From the human T2T-CHM13v2.0 reference genome, Homo sapiens, in NCBI RefSeq assembly GCF_009914755.1, contig NC_060931.1: DNA of 64,000 nt. One strand, 5' to 3'. The notes beneath the pieces are model-generated. The model was given only the letters and a program-made list of their open reading frames with translations, did not search any database and was not told where the DNA came from. This document shows positions 1 through 23,274 of this stretch, piece by piece. How positions within the stretch are numbered: position 1 is the first letter of the stretch; every line of letters begins with the position of its first letter. Position numbers and translations under genes: made by a program.

Positions 1-186
<186 letters not shown>

Positions 187-462
187 TGATCCACCCACCT
201 TGGTCTCCCAAAGTACTCAGATTACGGGCCTGAGCCACCGTGCCCGGCCAATCTCTTTTATCTTGTTTCCAAACCAAATCATACCTGAAGACAACTTCAT
301 TCTCTTGGACAAAAGAGCACCGATCTCCAGCTGATCCTAACTCACACCTCCCACCTTCTCCATGGCTCCTGCTTAGACACCAGGACACTCAAAGCTGTGG
401 ATGCCTCGGGCCCTCCCCCATCTGCCTTTCCTGAGACTTTCAGAACCCCCAGGTCAAATTGA

Positions 463-1160
<698 letters not shown>

Positions 1161-1279
1161 TCATCTCAAAAAAAAAAAAAATTAAAGCCTTAGTTTACAG
1201 GCATATATTATCATTGCAAAGGATGACTGCAAAAGAGAGTTCTCACTGTGACCAGTCATGGGATCTTTAAAAGTTGTCA

Positions 1280-1885
<606 letters not shown>

Positions 1886-2181
1886 TAAAAATGAAAATTT
1901 CAAATCCTCAAGGAATTTGAAGATCTCTCCAAATGCATTTTCACGTCCCTGTTTTGAGAGCCATCCCTGGGAAATCACCCCCGCCCACACACAGCAAGAC
2001 CCCAGGGTCCAGGGCCACCTCATTGTATAACGTCCAGGACAGAGCAAGCACTTGGTAAATGCTAACAGGTGATTAAGTGAAGGAAGGAAAGATCTGGAGT
2101 GCAAGCAGGGGATGAAGACACATGCAAAACGTTGGTTCAGAAGGTGCCCCTTCCCACAGTGGAGTGGAGGAATCTCCAAGG

Positions 2182-3151
<970 letters not shown>

Positions 3152-3661
3152 TTCTACGGGATAGAGGACAGGGAGGTGGAAGAAAGAAAGGGAGAAGTGT
3201 GAGGGGCATTTTGTCTGCCCTGAGCTCTCTCATACCCACAGCCCAGGGCAGGCAGGGCTGGGCTTGGAGGGTGGAATGGTCTGGGCAGAGGTCAGTCCGA
3301 AACTTCAGCCCTGGAGGGAGCTGGAGCTGGGGCTTTATCTTGCTCTCTTTCCTTATTTTAACTTAATCTTGTCTTTATTAGTTTTATAGAGATAGGGTCT
3401 CACTATGTTGCCCAGGCTGGTCTTGAACTCCTGGGCTCAGGAAATCCTTTCACCTCAGCCTCACAAAGTGCTGTGATTACAGGTATGAGCCACTGCACCC
3501 AGCTCTTTCCTCCTTTTAAAAACAAGAAACCTGGCCAGGCACGGTGGCTCATGCCTATAATCTCAATACCTTGGGAAGCTGAGGCAGGCTGATCACTTGA
3601 GGCCAGGAGTTCGAGACCAGCCTGGCCAACATGGTGAAACCCTGTCTCTACTAAAAATTCA

Positions 3662-3856
<195 letters not shown>

Positions 3857-5386
3857 TCACAGGGAGAGGCTTCTCCCCAGCCCCTGGGAAGCCGAAGAAG
3901 CCCTGGCCAGGCCGGCTCCCAAACTCAGGGGTCCTGCTAGGCACCTGCTGTCACTCTCACTACCGACCTGGGAGAAGGCAATGGCCCATTTATGACACTG
4001 GAGGCGAGGGCCATGCACCCCCTAAGCAGGCAGCACCTCTGGAGCCATTCTGCAGCTGGAGGTTCATTTCCTTCCTGATGTCATAGTGCTCCAAGGTGGC
4101 ACAGCCAGGACGGGAGCCTAGGGAATTGTCATCCACCCTGGAGCCCTTTCTGTCTCTCAGCGGCTGTCCCAGCCCTGCACTCAGGCAATTCCTGCAGGAA
4201 TCGGTGGCCCCTGGGCGTCCTGGATGGGGAACCACAGCCCCTGAGGCAGAGCGGCACAAACCCTCCAGTGGATCCTGTTCTCTTCTCCCAGGGATCAATG
4301 AAGCCCAGGGTGTGGGAGCTCAGCCTTGGTGTCCCGGTCCCTGTGGTCACACAGCAGCTATTGCTATGGGGTTGGGATGCAGGGAGGAAAAGCCCAGCAT
4401 CCCCCTTTCCACCCCAGGCCCCAACTTCTCTGTATTTGTTTATTTACCTTGGAAAAGGCCCCACGGCCCAGGCAGGAAATGGGCCAATTCCAGGAGGCCA
4501 AGGCGGGGAACAAGGAGCTACATTGTGCTCGGGCGGTGGCTCCCCACCCGGGCCTACTGGGAGCCCAGAAGGTGGGGGGGTCTGCATGGGGACCGGGCGG
4601 GAAGGAGGCGTGGGGCTGAGGGGCTGCCAGTGCTCCCAGCCAGCCGGCCGGCCTGTCAAAAGGCTTCTGTGCTGGGGGTGGGATGGGGGCTGTGGCTCCC
4701 TGTCCCACCTGGGAATGAACAGAGGCTGGGCAGTGGGGGAGGCAGACGCTGGGCTGGGGCTGGCCCCCAGTGGTGACCCAGGGCCCATCTGGCACCCATC
4801 TGCCTGCCCAAGGCAGACCCTGGCCTGGGAACCCCATCTCCTTGGGCTGAGATCCCACCCTGGGGCTGGGGAATGTTCCTGCCCTCCACCTTCCTTCTGG
4901 GGTCTCAACTCCTGCCAGGCAGCTGGCCTGACCTCAGATTTCCCCTAGCCCAAGGCTATGTCATCATGGGGGCGGCCTGAGGAGGGCTGAGCTCTCCCTG
5001 ACCCTAGACTCTTCTTTACTGACAGGCTAGTGTCCATATGGATGGATCATTCATTCACTCATTCATTTATTTAATACACTCCCTGTCTGTTCGATGCACA
5101 CTCCCCTTCTCTCCACTTCTGGCCCCGTTTCCTCTAATCCTTCATTCCTTGGTTCCCAGAGGGTTAAATGTAGATCGATATGTCACCTCTGGCTCCAAAG
5201 GTCTCTGAAGGGCCAGGTGCGGTGGCTCAAGCCTATAATCCTAGCACTTTGGGAGGCCGAGGTGGGTGGATCACCTGAGGTAAGGAGTTCGAGACCAGCC
5301 TGGCCAACAAGGTGAAACCCCATCTCTACTAAAAACACAAAAATTAGCCGGACTTGGTGGTGGGCGCCTGTAATCCCAGCTACTCA

Positions 5387-5998
<612 letters not shown>

Positions 5999-6760
5999 TA
6001 GTAGAGATGGGGTTTTGCCATGTTGGCCAGGCTGGTCTTGAACTCCTGACCTCAAGTGATCTGCCCACCTTGGCCTCCCAACGTGTTGGGATTACAGGTG
6101 TGAGCCACCGTGCCCAGCCACATGGTGTCTTCCATGACAGCTCCCTCTCTGCTGAAATAGCATTTCCCACCCCCACCCATGGCATCACTCTTCTGCTGCC
6201 ATTTTCATCAAAGACTGATGTCACTTGGCATGTTTTTAGGTTTTTTTCTGGTGGCTTTTATTTTTTTAATTTTAGAGATGAGGTCTCACTATGTTGCCCA
6301 GCCTAGTCTCAAATTCCTAAGCTCAAGGGATCCACCTGCCTCTATCTCCCAAAGTGCTGGGGTTACAGGCATGCACCACCACGCCTGGACCACATTGCAT
6401 GCATTTTATTTAAATTTTTTTTTTTTTTTTTTTTAAGACGGAGTCTCATTCTGTCACCCAGGCTGAAGTGTAGTGGTGCGATCTTGGCTCACTGCAATCC
6501 CGGGTTCAAGCAATTCTCCTGCCTCAGCCTCCCGAGTAGCTGGGATTACAGGCGTGAGCCACTGTGCCCGGCCTTTATTTAAGATTTGCCTCCTTAACCA
6601 TTACACCTGTAATCCCAGCCCTTTGGGAGGCTGAGGTGGGCAGATCACCTGAGTTCAGGTGTTCAAGACCAGCCAGGCCAAGATGGTGAAACCACATCTC
6701 TACTAAAAATTCCAAAATTAGCCAGGCGTGGTGGCAGGCACCTGTAGTCCCAGCTAATCA

Positions 6761-6862
<102 letters not shown>

Positions 6863-7479
6863 TCACAAAAAAAAAAAAAAAGAAGTGTCAGGTGCTGGCA
6901 GAGACACTGCTTTTCCCTAATTGACCCGTTTGGTCCTCACATTAACCATATTTTACAGCTACTCTCATTTACAGATAAGGAAACTGGGCCAATGAGGAGG
7001 TGAGAAATCGCTCAAGGCTGCCAGGTACAGTGGCTCATCCCTGTAATCCCAGCACTTTGGGAGGCCAAGGGAGGAGGATTAATTGAGGCCAGGAGTTTGA
7101 GACCAGCCTAGGCAACATAATGAGACTCTGTCTCTACAAAAAATTTAAAAATTAGTGGGGTGTGGTGATGCATGTGTAGTCCCAGCTACTCCGGAGGCTG
7201 AGGTGGGAGGATCGCTTGATCCCAGGTGTCTGAGACAGTAGTGAGCTACGACTGCACCACTGCACTACAACCTCGGTGATGCAATGAGATGCTGTCTCAA
7301 AAAAAAAACACACACACACACAAAACAACAAAAAAACAAATTGTTCAAGGCGAGCCTGGTGTGCCAAGCCCTTGTTCTGGGCACTTGGCTTATATTATCT
7401 CCCTTAATCCTTCCCACCACCCCAAGTGCTAGATACTGGGATTAATTTAGTTGAGCTGTAATACATCAATACTGTGTGA

Positions 7480-7710
<231 letters not shown>

Positions 7711-7972
7711 TAAGAGATGGTGTTTTGCTAAGTTGCCCACACTGATCTCAAAATCCTTTTGTTTTTGCTTTGGAATGGTCTGGAACTCCTGAGCTCAAGT
7801 GATCCTCCCACCTTGGCCTCCCAAAGGCCTGGGATTACACGTATGAGCCACCGCACCAAGCCCAGGTTGAGCTTTTAAGGTATTAAAGATCCACTAGGTG
7901 AAAAAAAAGAGTGAAAGATACATATGCCATTTAAGGGAAGCACAGGAAAACTCCTATTTTGTTTATATGTGA

Positions 7973-8421
<449 letters not shown>

Positions 8422-9527
8422 TAAAATATAACAGAGAAAACTGCACAAAACAGAAGTGTTCAAATTAAATTTTTTTTTTTTGAGACAGGGTCTTGCCCTG
8501 TTGCCCAGGCTGGAGTGCAGTGGCTCATTCATAGCTCACTGCAGCCTCAAACTCCTGGGTTCAAGCGATCCTCCCACCCCAGCCTCCTGAGTGGCTGGAA
8601 GGCCAAGGGAGGATCGCTTGAGCCCAGGAGTTTGAGGCTGTGCCACCACACGCAGCTGGGTTTTTTTTTTTTTTTTTAATTTTTTGTAGAGACAGGGTCT
8701 CGCTATGTCACCCACGCTGGTCTCAAACTCACGGGCTCAAGCAATCCTCCCATCTTTGGCCTCCCAAAGTACTGAGACTACAAACATGAGCCATCTTGCC
8801 CAGCCCCTAGAACGTGTTATCAAATAAACACCGATGCAACCCTCACTCAGCCGAGAAGTAAAACATTGCCAGCCAATCCCTAAATGCTTCTGCTTGCCGC
8901 TTCCCAATCCTAACCAATGCCTTCTCCTGACAATTATGATGGTCATGTCTTTGCATTTCTCTAATGTTTCCCATCACGATCAAACTAGTTTTGTTTTGCC
9001 TGTGTCCAAACTTTGCATAAATGAGCAGCATGTGTCTGGTGGACCTGGCTTCTTCCACTCAACATTATGATAAGAAGATTGACCATTTGGTGCCCATAGC
9101 TATTGCTCTTGCATTTTCATTGCTCTATAGATTCTTACTCAACATACCTTAAAATTTTTTTTATTCTGAAATAAGAGCGGGATGCTATTAAAAAAAGAAA
9201 AAAGAAGAGAACAAAAAAGTCCTCCAGTAAATTTAAAATATGGTAGTCAAGGCCGGGCACGGTGGCTCACACCTGTAATCCCAGCACTTTGGGAGGCTGA
9301 GGTGGGTGGATCACCCGAGGTCAGGAGTTCGAGACCAGCCCGGCCAACATGGCAAAACCCTGTCTCTACGAAAAAAATACATAAATCAGCCAGGTGTGGT
9401 GGTGTGCACCCGTAATCCCAGCTACTTGGGAGGCTGAGACATGAGAATTGCTTGAGCCCGGGAGGCAGAGGTTTCGGTGAGCTGAGAACTGCCACTGCAC
9501 TCCAGCCTGGGTGACAGAATGAGACTA

Positions 9528-9662
9528 TAAAAGAAAGAAAGAGAGAAAGAGAGAGAGAAAGGAAGGAGAGAAGGGAAGGGAGGGGAGGAGAGGGGAAGGG
9601 AGGGGAGGGGAGGGGAGAGAAGGGGAAGGGAAGGGAAGGAGAAGGGAAAGGGAAGGGAAGAA
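9528..9662 (+). repeat. Polypurine (GA/GGGAA)n tract
   Basis: Pure A/G run following an Alu. Confidence 0.9.
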
Positions 9663-10391
9663 AATTAGAGATTAATTCAGGAGATTCAACATCCGCCTAA
9701 TAGAAATTCTAGAAAGAGGAAGTAGAGAATAGAGAGGCCAGGTGCAGTGGCTCACACCTATAATCTCAGCACTTTGGGAGGCTGAAGTAGGAGGATTGCT
9801 TAAGGCCAGGAGTTTGAGGCTGCAGTGAGCTATGATTGAGCCACTGTACTCCAGCCTGGAAAACAAAGCAAGACCTCGTCTCTAAAAGTAATAATACGCC
9901 GGGACGGTGGCTCCCCACACTTTGGGAGCCTAAGGTGGGCGGATCACTTGAGGTCAGGCTTTCGAGATCAGCCTGGCCAACATGATGAAACCCAATCTCC
10001 ACTAAAAATAAAAAAATTAGCCAGGTGTGGTGCTGCACACCTGTAACCCCAGCTACCTGGAGGAGACAGGAGAATTGCTTGAACCCGGGAGATGGAGGTT
10101 GCATGAGGCGAGATTGCCTCATTGCACTCCAGCCTGGGTGATAGAATGAGACTCTGTCTCAAAATAATAATAATAATAATAAAGTTAAATATAAATAAAT
10201 AAAAGCAAATGAATATAATGAGTTTTATTCATTTGTTTTGCTGTTGTTATTGTTTTGGAGACAGAGTTTTGTTCTTGTCGCCCAGGCTGGAGTACAATGA
10301 TGCGATCTGGTCTCACTGCAACCTTCGCTTCCTGGGTTCAAGCGATTCTCCTGCCTTAGTCTCCTGAGTAGCTGGGATTAGAGGCGTGTGA

Positions 10392-10550
<159 letters not shown>

Positions 10551-10989
10551 TAAAATCAGAAGGAAAAAATATATATAACTTTTAGGCCAAAAATGTCTTC
10601 ACGTATATTAATAGATTGATCTTTTCCCAATGCAACCATAAATATCATTTTTTAAAATTATTATTATTTTAGAAACAGGGTCTCACTCTGACGCCCAGGC
10701 TGAAGTGCAGTGGTATGATCTTAGCTCACTGCAGCCTCCAATTCCTGGGCTCAAGCGATCCTCCCACATCAGCTTCTTGAATGTGACCTCAGGCAGACGT
10801 CACCGTGCCCAGCTAATTTTTAATGTAATTTTATTTTTTTGGTAAAGATGGGTTCTCATTATGTTGCCCAGGCCAGTCTTGAACTCCTGGCCTCAAGTGA
10901 TCCTCCTGCCTTGGCCTCCTAAGGTGCTGGTATTATAGGATTGAGCCACCAAGCCCGGCCCGAATATAATTTTTAATTTTTTTTTTTAA

Positions 10990-11094
<105 letters not shown>

Positions 11095-11292
11095 TGAGTA
11101 GCTGGGATTACAGGCATGCACCACCACACCCAAATAATTTTCTATTTTTAGTAGGGACGGGGTTTCTCCACATTGGTCAGGCTGGTCTTGAACTCCCGAC
11201 CTCAGGTGATCCTCCCACCTCGGCCTCATAAAGTGCTGGGATTACAGGCATGTGCCACCACGCCCGGCCTAATTTTCTAATTTTTTTTTTTA

Positions 11293-11493
<201 letters not shown>

Positions 11494-11536
11494 TTAGTCG
11501 GGTGTGGTGGCGGGCACCTATGATCACAGCTACTCA

Positions 11537-11716
<180 letters not shown>

Positions 11717-11734
11717 TCATGGAGACAGTGAATG

Positions 11735-11736
<2 letters not shown>

Positions 11737-11772
<36 letters not shown>

Positions 11773-11815
11773 GCGTGAGTGAGAGAGAGAGAGAGGAAGA
11801 AGGGAGGGAGGGAGG
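11737..11815 (+). repeat. (TG)n-(GA)n compound microsatellite
   Basis: Direct observation. Confidence 0.9.
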
Positions 11816-12052
11816 GTTACAGGAGTGTGGGAAAGTCAACAGGAAAAGGAGGGAAGGTTCGCTGTGAACTGACAGTAACTGTGACATCACAGGCATGTGC
11901 GGAGTCCCCGCCCCCCCAGGCACTGTGCCAAGGCCAGTACCTTCATGTCATGAGACCCTCTCAGCAACTCTGTAACCTTGTCCCCACCAGAATATTCCTT
12001 TCACAGCTGAGAAAACAACAGCACAGAGAGGATGAATTAAAAATTGTCTAAC

Positions 12053-12246
12053 ATGCTGGGCGCAGTGGCTCACGCCTGTAATCCCAGCACTTTGGGATGA
12101 TGAGGCAGGTGGATCACAAGGTCAAGAGATCAAGACCATCCTGGCTAACACGGTGAAAACCCGTCTCTACTAAAAATACAAAAAAGTTAGCCAGGCGTGG
12201 TGGCGGGCACCTGTAGTCCCAGCTGCTCGGGAGGCTGAGGCAGGAG
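12053..12246 (+). mobile_element. 3'-truncated AluY-like element at the STAG3 duplicon boundary
   Basis: GAGATCAAGACCATCCTGGCTAACACGGTG diagnostic; ends at GGCAGGAG and joins directly to STAG3 exon sequence. Confidence 0.8.
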
Positions 12247-12654
12247 TTGCTGGGCACTGGACACAAGGATTTCTATCAGTGTGCTCTCCTGCACATCACC
12301 CAGGTCTGGAGTGCCAGGAGGATCAAAAACATAGAATCAAAGATTAGCCACCTTCCAACTCCAAGTTTCCCCCACCCCATGCCACCGTTCCTGCCTTGTA
12401 CAAGTGAAGCAAGCAATCTCTCCTGGTTTCACCCTAGGAGGTGGAAGGTCCCTGGCCCTGGCTCCATGTGGCACGTGCTCTGGTCCTTCTCCAGCAGCAG
12501 GCTTGTCAGACCCTCCCAGTCCTTCAGCTGAGTCCCTGCACAGTCCCACAGGTTGTCTACTAAGTAAGCAGCGTGGTCGTGGAGCTGGGGAAGGAGGTGC
12601 ATGGGGATTTAGTGATGGCATGTTAAAATACCCTAGGAAGTGGTTACTGATTAA

Positions 12655-13126
<472 letters not shown>

Positions 13127-13324
13127 CTAAGGAAAGCCCCAAGGAGCTGAGAGAGGAAAAGAGACAGCAGAGAGACTTCCACGGAGATGGGGAGGCCTTA
13201 AGTAGGGCAGCAGCACATGTGGGAGAGAAACCGAGAGGGTGGTGTTAAAGAAACGTAAAAGGAGCCCCACTCACTTCCAGTACAGAAATTCACCCACAGC
13301 AGAGGCCAGGCCTCAATTAGAGGC

Positions 13325-17290
<3,966 letters not shown>

Positions 17291-18312
17291 TGGCTGGTGG
17301 CTCTGACTGTTTCCGGCTATGACGATGTACCGCTTGGGACCCTTTCTTTGGATATTTTGCCACCTGATACACATAAAAAGATCAGAAATATGAAAAAAAG
17401 GTAACAGTGACATTAACACTTGGTTTCATCATTATCACACAAGTAGGCTTACGCTGCCAATTCCACAGCAGTCTGAGTTAGACTCAGTCCTGAAATAATT
17501 GATTTTTATATTATGAAGTTTATTAACTTTTTTCCCTTTAAAAAAAAAATTCCTTGAGTCTCCTTCCCGTATCTCTATAACCAAACATCCTTTTCTTTTC
17601 TTTTCGAAATTTCTCTTCTTCCTATTTCCGTCCCTTAATACTTTGTAAATCTTGTCCTTTTTTGAACCATATCACCTGAACCTCTTAGGTTTTCTCTTTT
17701 TTTTGAGACGGAGTCTCGCTCTGTCGCCCAGGCTGGCGTGCAGTGGCGTGATCTCGGCTCACTGCCAGCTCTGCCCCCGGGGTTCGTGCCATTCTCCTGC
17801 CTCAGCCTCCCGAATAGCTGGGCTGCTTCCCCCACAAGATTCAAAAACAAAAGAAAACTGGCTGACTCACCGGCGTTGTTTTCAGTGGTCGTTTTGCTGC
17901 TTTCTTCTTCACACCGCGATTGAAGCTGTCCTCAAATCATTTTCTTGTCTTCTTGTCTATTTGTATGAATTACTGAGTTACATTCTCATTGCTACTTATT
18001 TAAGCAAAGTATTCTTAGTTTGTTAAGAACAAAGAACTACAAATTGTGTTCATTTTCTGTCCTTTCCTGTTCTTAGACTAAATTACCTGAAATACATCAA
18101 AATATATGCTGTATGCTTACCTATATCAAAACTATGTTGTTTAGGTGCCGGGCACAGTGGCTCACACCTGTAATCCAGCACTTTGGGAGTTCAAGGCGGG
18201 CGGATCGCCTGAGGTCAGGAGTTCAAGACCAGCCTGGTCAACATGGCAAAACCCCGTCTCTACTAAAAATACAAAAATTAGCCAGGTGCAGTGGACAGTG
18301 CCTGTAATCTCA

Positions 18313-18471
<159 letters not shown>

Positions 18472-18870
18472 TTAGGGATACTTAGCTGACAAAATAATAG
18501 AGACAAGCATGACATAATTACCATAAAAATCAGGCCCTGGGGTGCTGGTGGGGAAGGTTTAAGTGGAAAGAATGGAGCGGTGACAATGTGTGTCAACCTG
18601 GGAGGTGGTGACCCTGGGGTTCGCTTTGTAATTCCTCAAAATGAGCATTTATGTGCTATTCACTTTTCAGAGGATAGAATTCTGAACTAAAATGTTTAAG
18701 CAGCCATACGCAAAAAAAGAAAAAATATGGATAGATTTTTATTTTAATTAAAACATTTAAAAAATAGAGACAAGGCAGCTGGGCGTGGTGGCTCACGCCT
18801 GTAATCCCAGCAATTTGGGAGGCCGAGGCAGGCGAATCACGAGGTCAAGAGATCGAGACCATCCTGGCTA

Positions 18871-19095
<225 letters not shown>

Positions 19096-19351
19096 CTATG
19101 TTGCTCAGGGTGGTCTCAAACTCTCCGGGCTCAAGCAATCCTCCCGCTTCGGTCTCCCAAAGCGCTGAGATTCCAGGCGTGAACCACCGCGCTCGACCAG
19201 GAAAAAAAAATATATATATATAATATACAATATATTTTATAATATATTATGTCATATATTACACATAATATACAATATGTATAATACGCATAATAAAGGT
19301 ATATTTAATATATATAAAGATATATATGTATATAATAATTTTTTTTTTTGA

Positions 19352-19495
<144 letters not shown>

Positions 19496-19801
19496 TAATT
19501 TTTGCATTTTTAGTAGACACGGGGTTTCACCATGTTGGCCAGACTGGTCTCGAACTCCTGATCTCAGGTGATCCGCCCGCCTCGGCCTCCCAAAGTGCCG
19601 GGATTACAGGCGTGAGCCACGGCGCCCGGCCTGAATAAATCTTTTAAAACATAAAAATCTGGGTGAGCCCCTGGCCGGCCGGCACAGATGCCGGGGTGGG
19701 GCCGCGAATCGGTTGGGACGCACTCTATCCGGCCTAGGGGCACCCGGGCCAGCACCCGGCCGCCGCGCGTGCGCAGTGGGCGGGGTGCCCCGCGCTCCTA
19801 C

Positions 19802-19933
19802 CTGCAAGTGGCCAGTGCCAAGTGCTGGGCCGCCGCTCCTGCCGTGCATGTTGGGGAGCCAGTACATGCAGGTGGGCTCCACACGGAGAGGGGCGCAGAC
19901 CCGGTGATAGGGCTTTACCTGGTACATCGGCAT
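19802..19933 (-). pseudogene. Duplicated AIMP2 (JTV1) exon 1 coding part, used as STAG3L first exon
   Basis: Translates [44 protein letters not shown], matching the AIMP2 N-terminus with a one-codon deletion; GT donor (gtagga) at 19801. Confidence 0.9.
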
Positions 19934-19964
19934 GGCGCAACCAAAGCAAGAGAGGGTGGCGCGT

Positions 19965-20087
19965 GCCAGACACCAACGGTCGGAAACCGCCAGACACCAA
20001 CGGTCGGAAACCGCCAAGACACCAACGCTCGGAAACCGCCAGACACCAACGCTCGGAAACCGCCAGACACCAAGGCTCGGAATACAC
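19965..20087 (+). repeat. 24-bp VNTR (GCCAGACACCAACG[G/C]TCGGAAACC) x ~5 in the bidirectional promoter
   Basis: Directly visible units at 19965, 19989, 20013 (25 bp), 20038 and 20062 (diverged). Confidence 0.95.
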
Positions 20088-21278
20088 GCCAGACCACGAC
20101 GGAGGGCGACCACCTCCCTTCTGACCCTGCTGCGGGCGTTCGGAAAAAAAACGCAGTCCGGTGTGCTCTGATTGGTCCAGGCTCTTTGACGTCACGGACT
20201 CGACCTTTGACAGAGCCACTAGGCGAAAAGGAGAGACGGGAAGTATTTTTTCCGCCCCGCCCGGAAAGGGTGGAGCACAACGTCGAAAGCAGCCAATGGG
20301 AGCCCAGGAGGCGGGGCGCCTGTGGGAGCCGTTGAGGGCACTTTCCCAGTCCCCGAGGCGGATCCGGTGTTGCATCCTTGGAGAGAGCTGAGAGCTCGAG
20401 GTGAGCTGGGCTCGCGGTCGCCCCTCTCGCTCGCCCTCTTTGAGAACCACGGCTTCCGACCTCCCTGGAAATGGGGGGAACATGGCCGAGGCGCGTGGGA
20501 GGCCGCCTCGTGGAGGCCCCGGAGCGGCATCCTCAGCGCCCCAGCGATCCGGTGCCCATTAGGTGCGCCTTGAAGCCGAGGCAAGCTCCTTCGGGGTGCT
20601 GGGCTGCGGGCAAAGAATTCGGCCCTGTGAAGAGTTGGGTTCGGCCTGTCTCAGGCCCTGCCCACATCCCATCACAGGGCCGTGGACTTGAAGCCGGAAC
20701 GTGAAATCCCCATAGACTGAATGCATTTCCTTTCTACCTGTTCTCTCTCCCCTTTTATTTTTATTTTTATATTATTTTATTTTTAATTTTTATTTTATTT
20801 TTTTGTAGAGACGGGGATTTCGCTATGTTGCCCAAGCTGGTCTGGAACTCCGGAGCTCAAGCAGTCCGCCCGCCTTGGCCCCCCAAAGCTCTGGAATTAC
20901 AGGCGTAATGCACTGTGCCTGGCCTTTTAAAAAAAAATTGAGGTTATTTTGGGGACAGTAGAGCGTCCAGACACATCCTAATTTGCGTAGCTGCTCAGTT
21001 TTAAAAAATGCAATGCATTTTTACCTCTTAGGGTATGTGATTTCTGGCTGGTAAGCTACACCGAATCTTGGCTAGCACAGTTGAATTCCATGTCAGATTT
21101 GTAAACGCAAATTTGCTCTCTGCATTTAAATATATTAGATATATTTAGGTAACTACATTTAAATGTATTGAGACATTTAAATACACTTGCCGTCTGTATC
21201 TAAATATCTGAAGTGGACCAGGTGCGGTGGCTCACACCTATAATCCCATCACTTTGGGAGGCCAAGGCAAGTGGATCA

Positions 21279-21515
<237 letters not shown>

Positions 21516-22046
21516 TCAGAAGTGAACCTGTAGCCTGTAGTGTGTTGCCAAATAAACTTATTTTTAGAGATACTTCTTTCCATTTTCTGTGAGGTCATCT
21601 GCAGTTTCACATGGTAGACAGACTTAGGTGAGATTCTTAGCAACATAGAATGAACAGTAAAGAGGTTTGTTTATTTCACAAGGGTTTATTGAAGGCCTAC
21701 GATGTGTTAAATGCTGTAGGAAATACCCACTAATTTCTCTTTTCATGTAGGTTTCCCGCCTTCTCTTAACGAGTGATCAATTAAACTGTTTACTGGGAAC
21801 TTGCTAAGTTAATGAACACACGGGATACATTCTTTGGATGAGCAGACATTGGGCAGAGGGGCAAGAGGAGAGCAGTTTAGACAGAGACCTGCTTATACAC
21901 TGTAGTGTCTAAGAGAGCTTGTGATGTTCAGGAAACAGTTGTTCACTGTGCTGCAATATAGGGGACGGCCAGTTGCGGTGGCTCACACCTGTAATCCTAG
22001 TGCTTTGGAAGGCCAAGGCGGGCAGATCACCTGAGGTCAGGAGTTA

Positions 22047-22364
<318 letters not shown>

Positions 22365-22650
22365 CTAGATTTTAAGTTTCATATAGTAGGAAGTGGGGCA
22401 CTAGTAATTTTTCAAGCAGAAAAATTATTTGACCAGATTCGTGATTTCAAAAATAGCTCTGGTGATAGAGTGGAGGATGGGTTGGAGCAGGGAATAAGGG
22501 GAAATGAAACCGTTATAAAACTCTTAAAGTGGGCTGGGCATGGTGGCTCACGCCTGTAATCCCAGCACTTTGGGAGGCTGAGGCGGGCGGATCACAAAGT
22601 CAAGAGATCGAGACCATCCTGGCTAAAACGGTGGAACCCTGTCTCTACTA

Positions 22651-22818
<168 letters not shown>

Positions 22819-23031
22819 TCAAAAAAAAAAAAAAAAAAAAAAAAACCTCTTAAAACAAGTACAGCAAGAACTTTGAGGGTCTTTGCTAAGACAGCAGCTG
22901 GCAGCTTCAATTTGGAGTAGGGTATCAAAGGCAACTGTGTATAAGGAATAGTTATATAACTGGTATCCAATTTCTGAGATGATTTTGACTTAAACATTGT
23001 GTATTTCCCAGCATACTGTTGGTTTTTCTAA

Positions 23032-23274
<243 letters not shown>

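Larger units (their letters stand above)
19660..20700. promoter_or_regulatory. CpG island / bidirectional promoter duplicated from the PMS2-AIMP2 head-to-head locus
   Basis: High CpG density; full CRE palindrome TGACGTCA 20187-20194; CCAAT boxes (ATTGG 20171-20175, CCAAT 20293-20297); GC boxes ~20252 and ~20310; divergent AIMP2-like and PMS2-like first exons. Confidence 0.9.

Noticed and set aside
3990-4948. Overlapping 150-226 aa ORFs on both strands
   Set aside because: Stop-poor GC-rich sequence; low-complexity G/P/R/W peptides with no recognisable domain or exon structure.
19965-20087. CRISPR-like array
   Set aside because: Direct tandem repeats without unique spacers, in a mammalian promoter.
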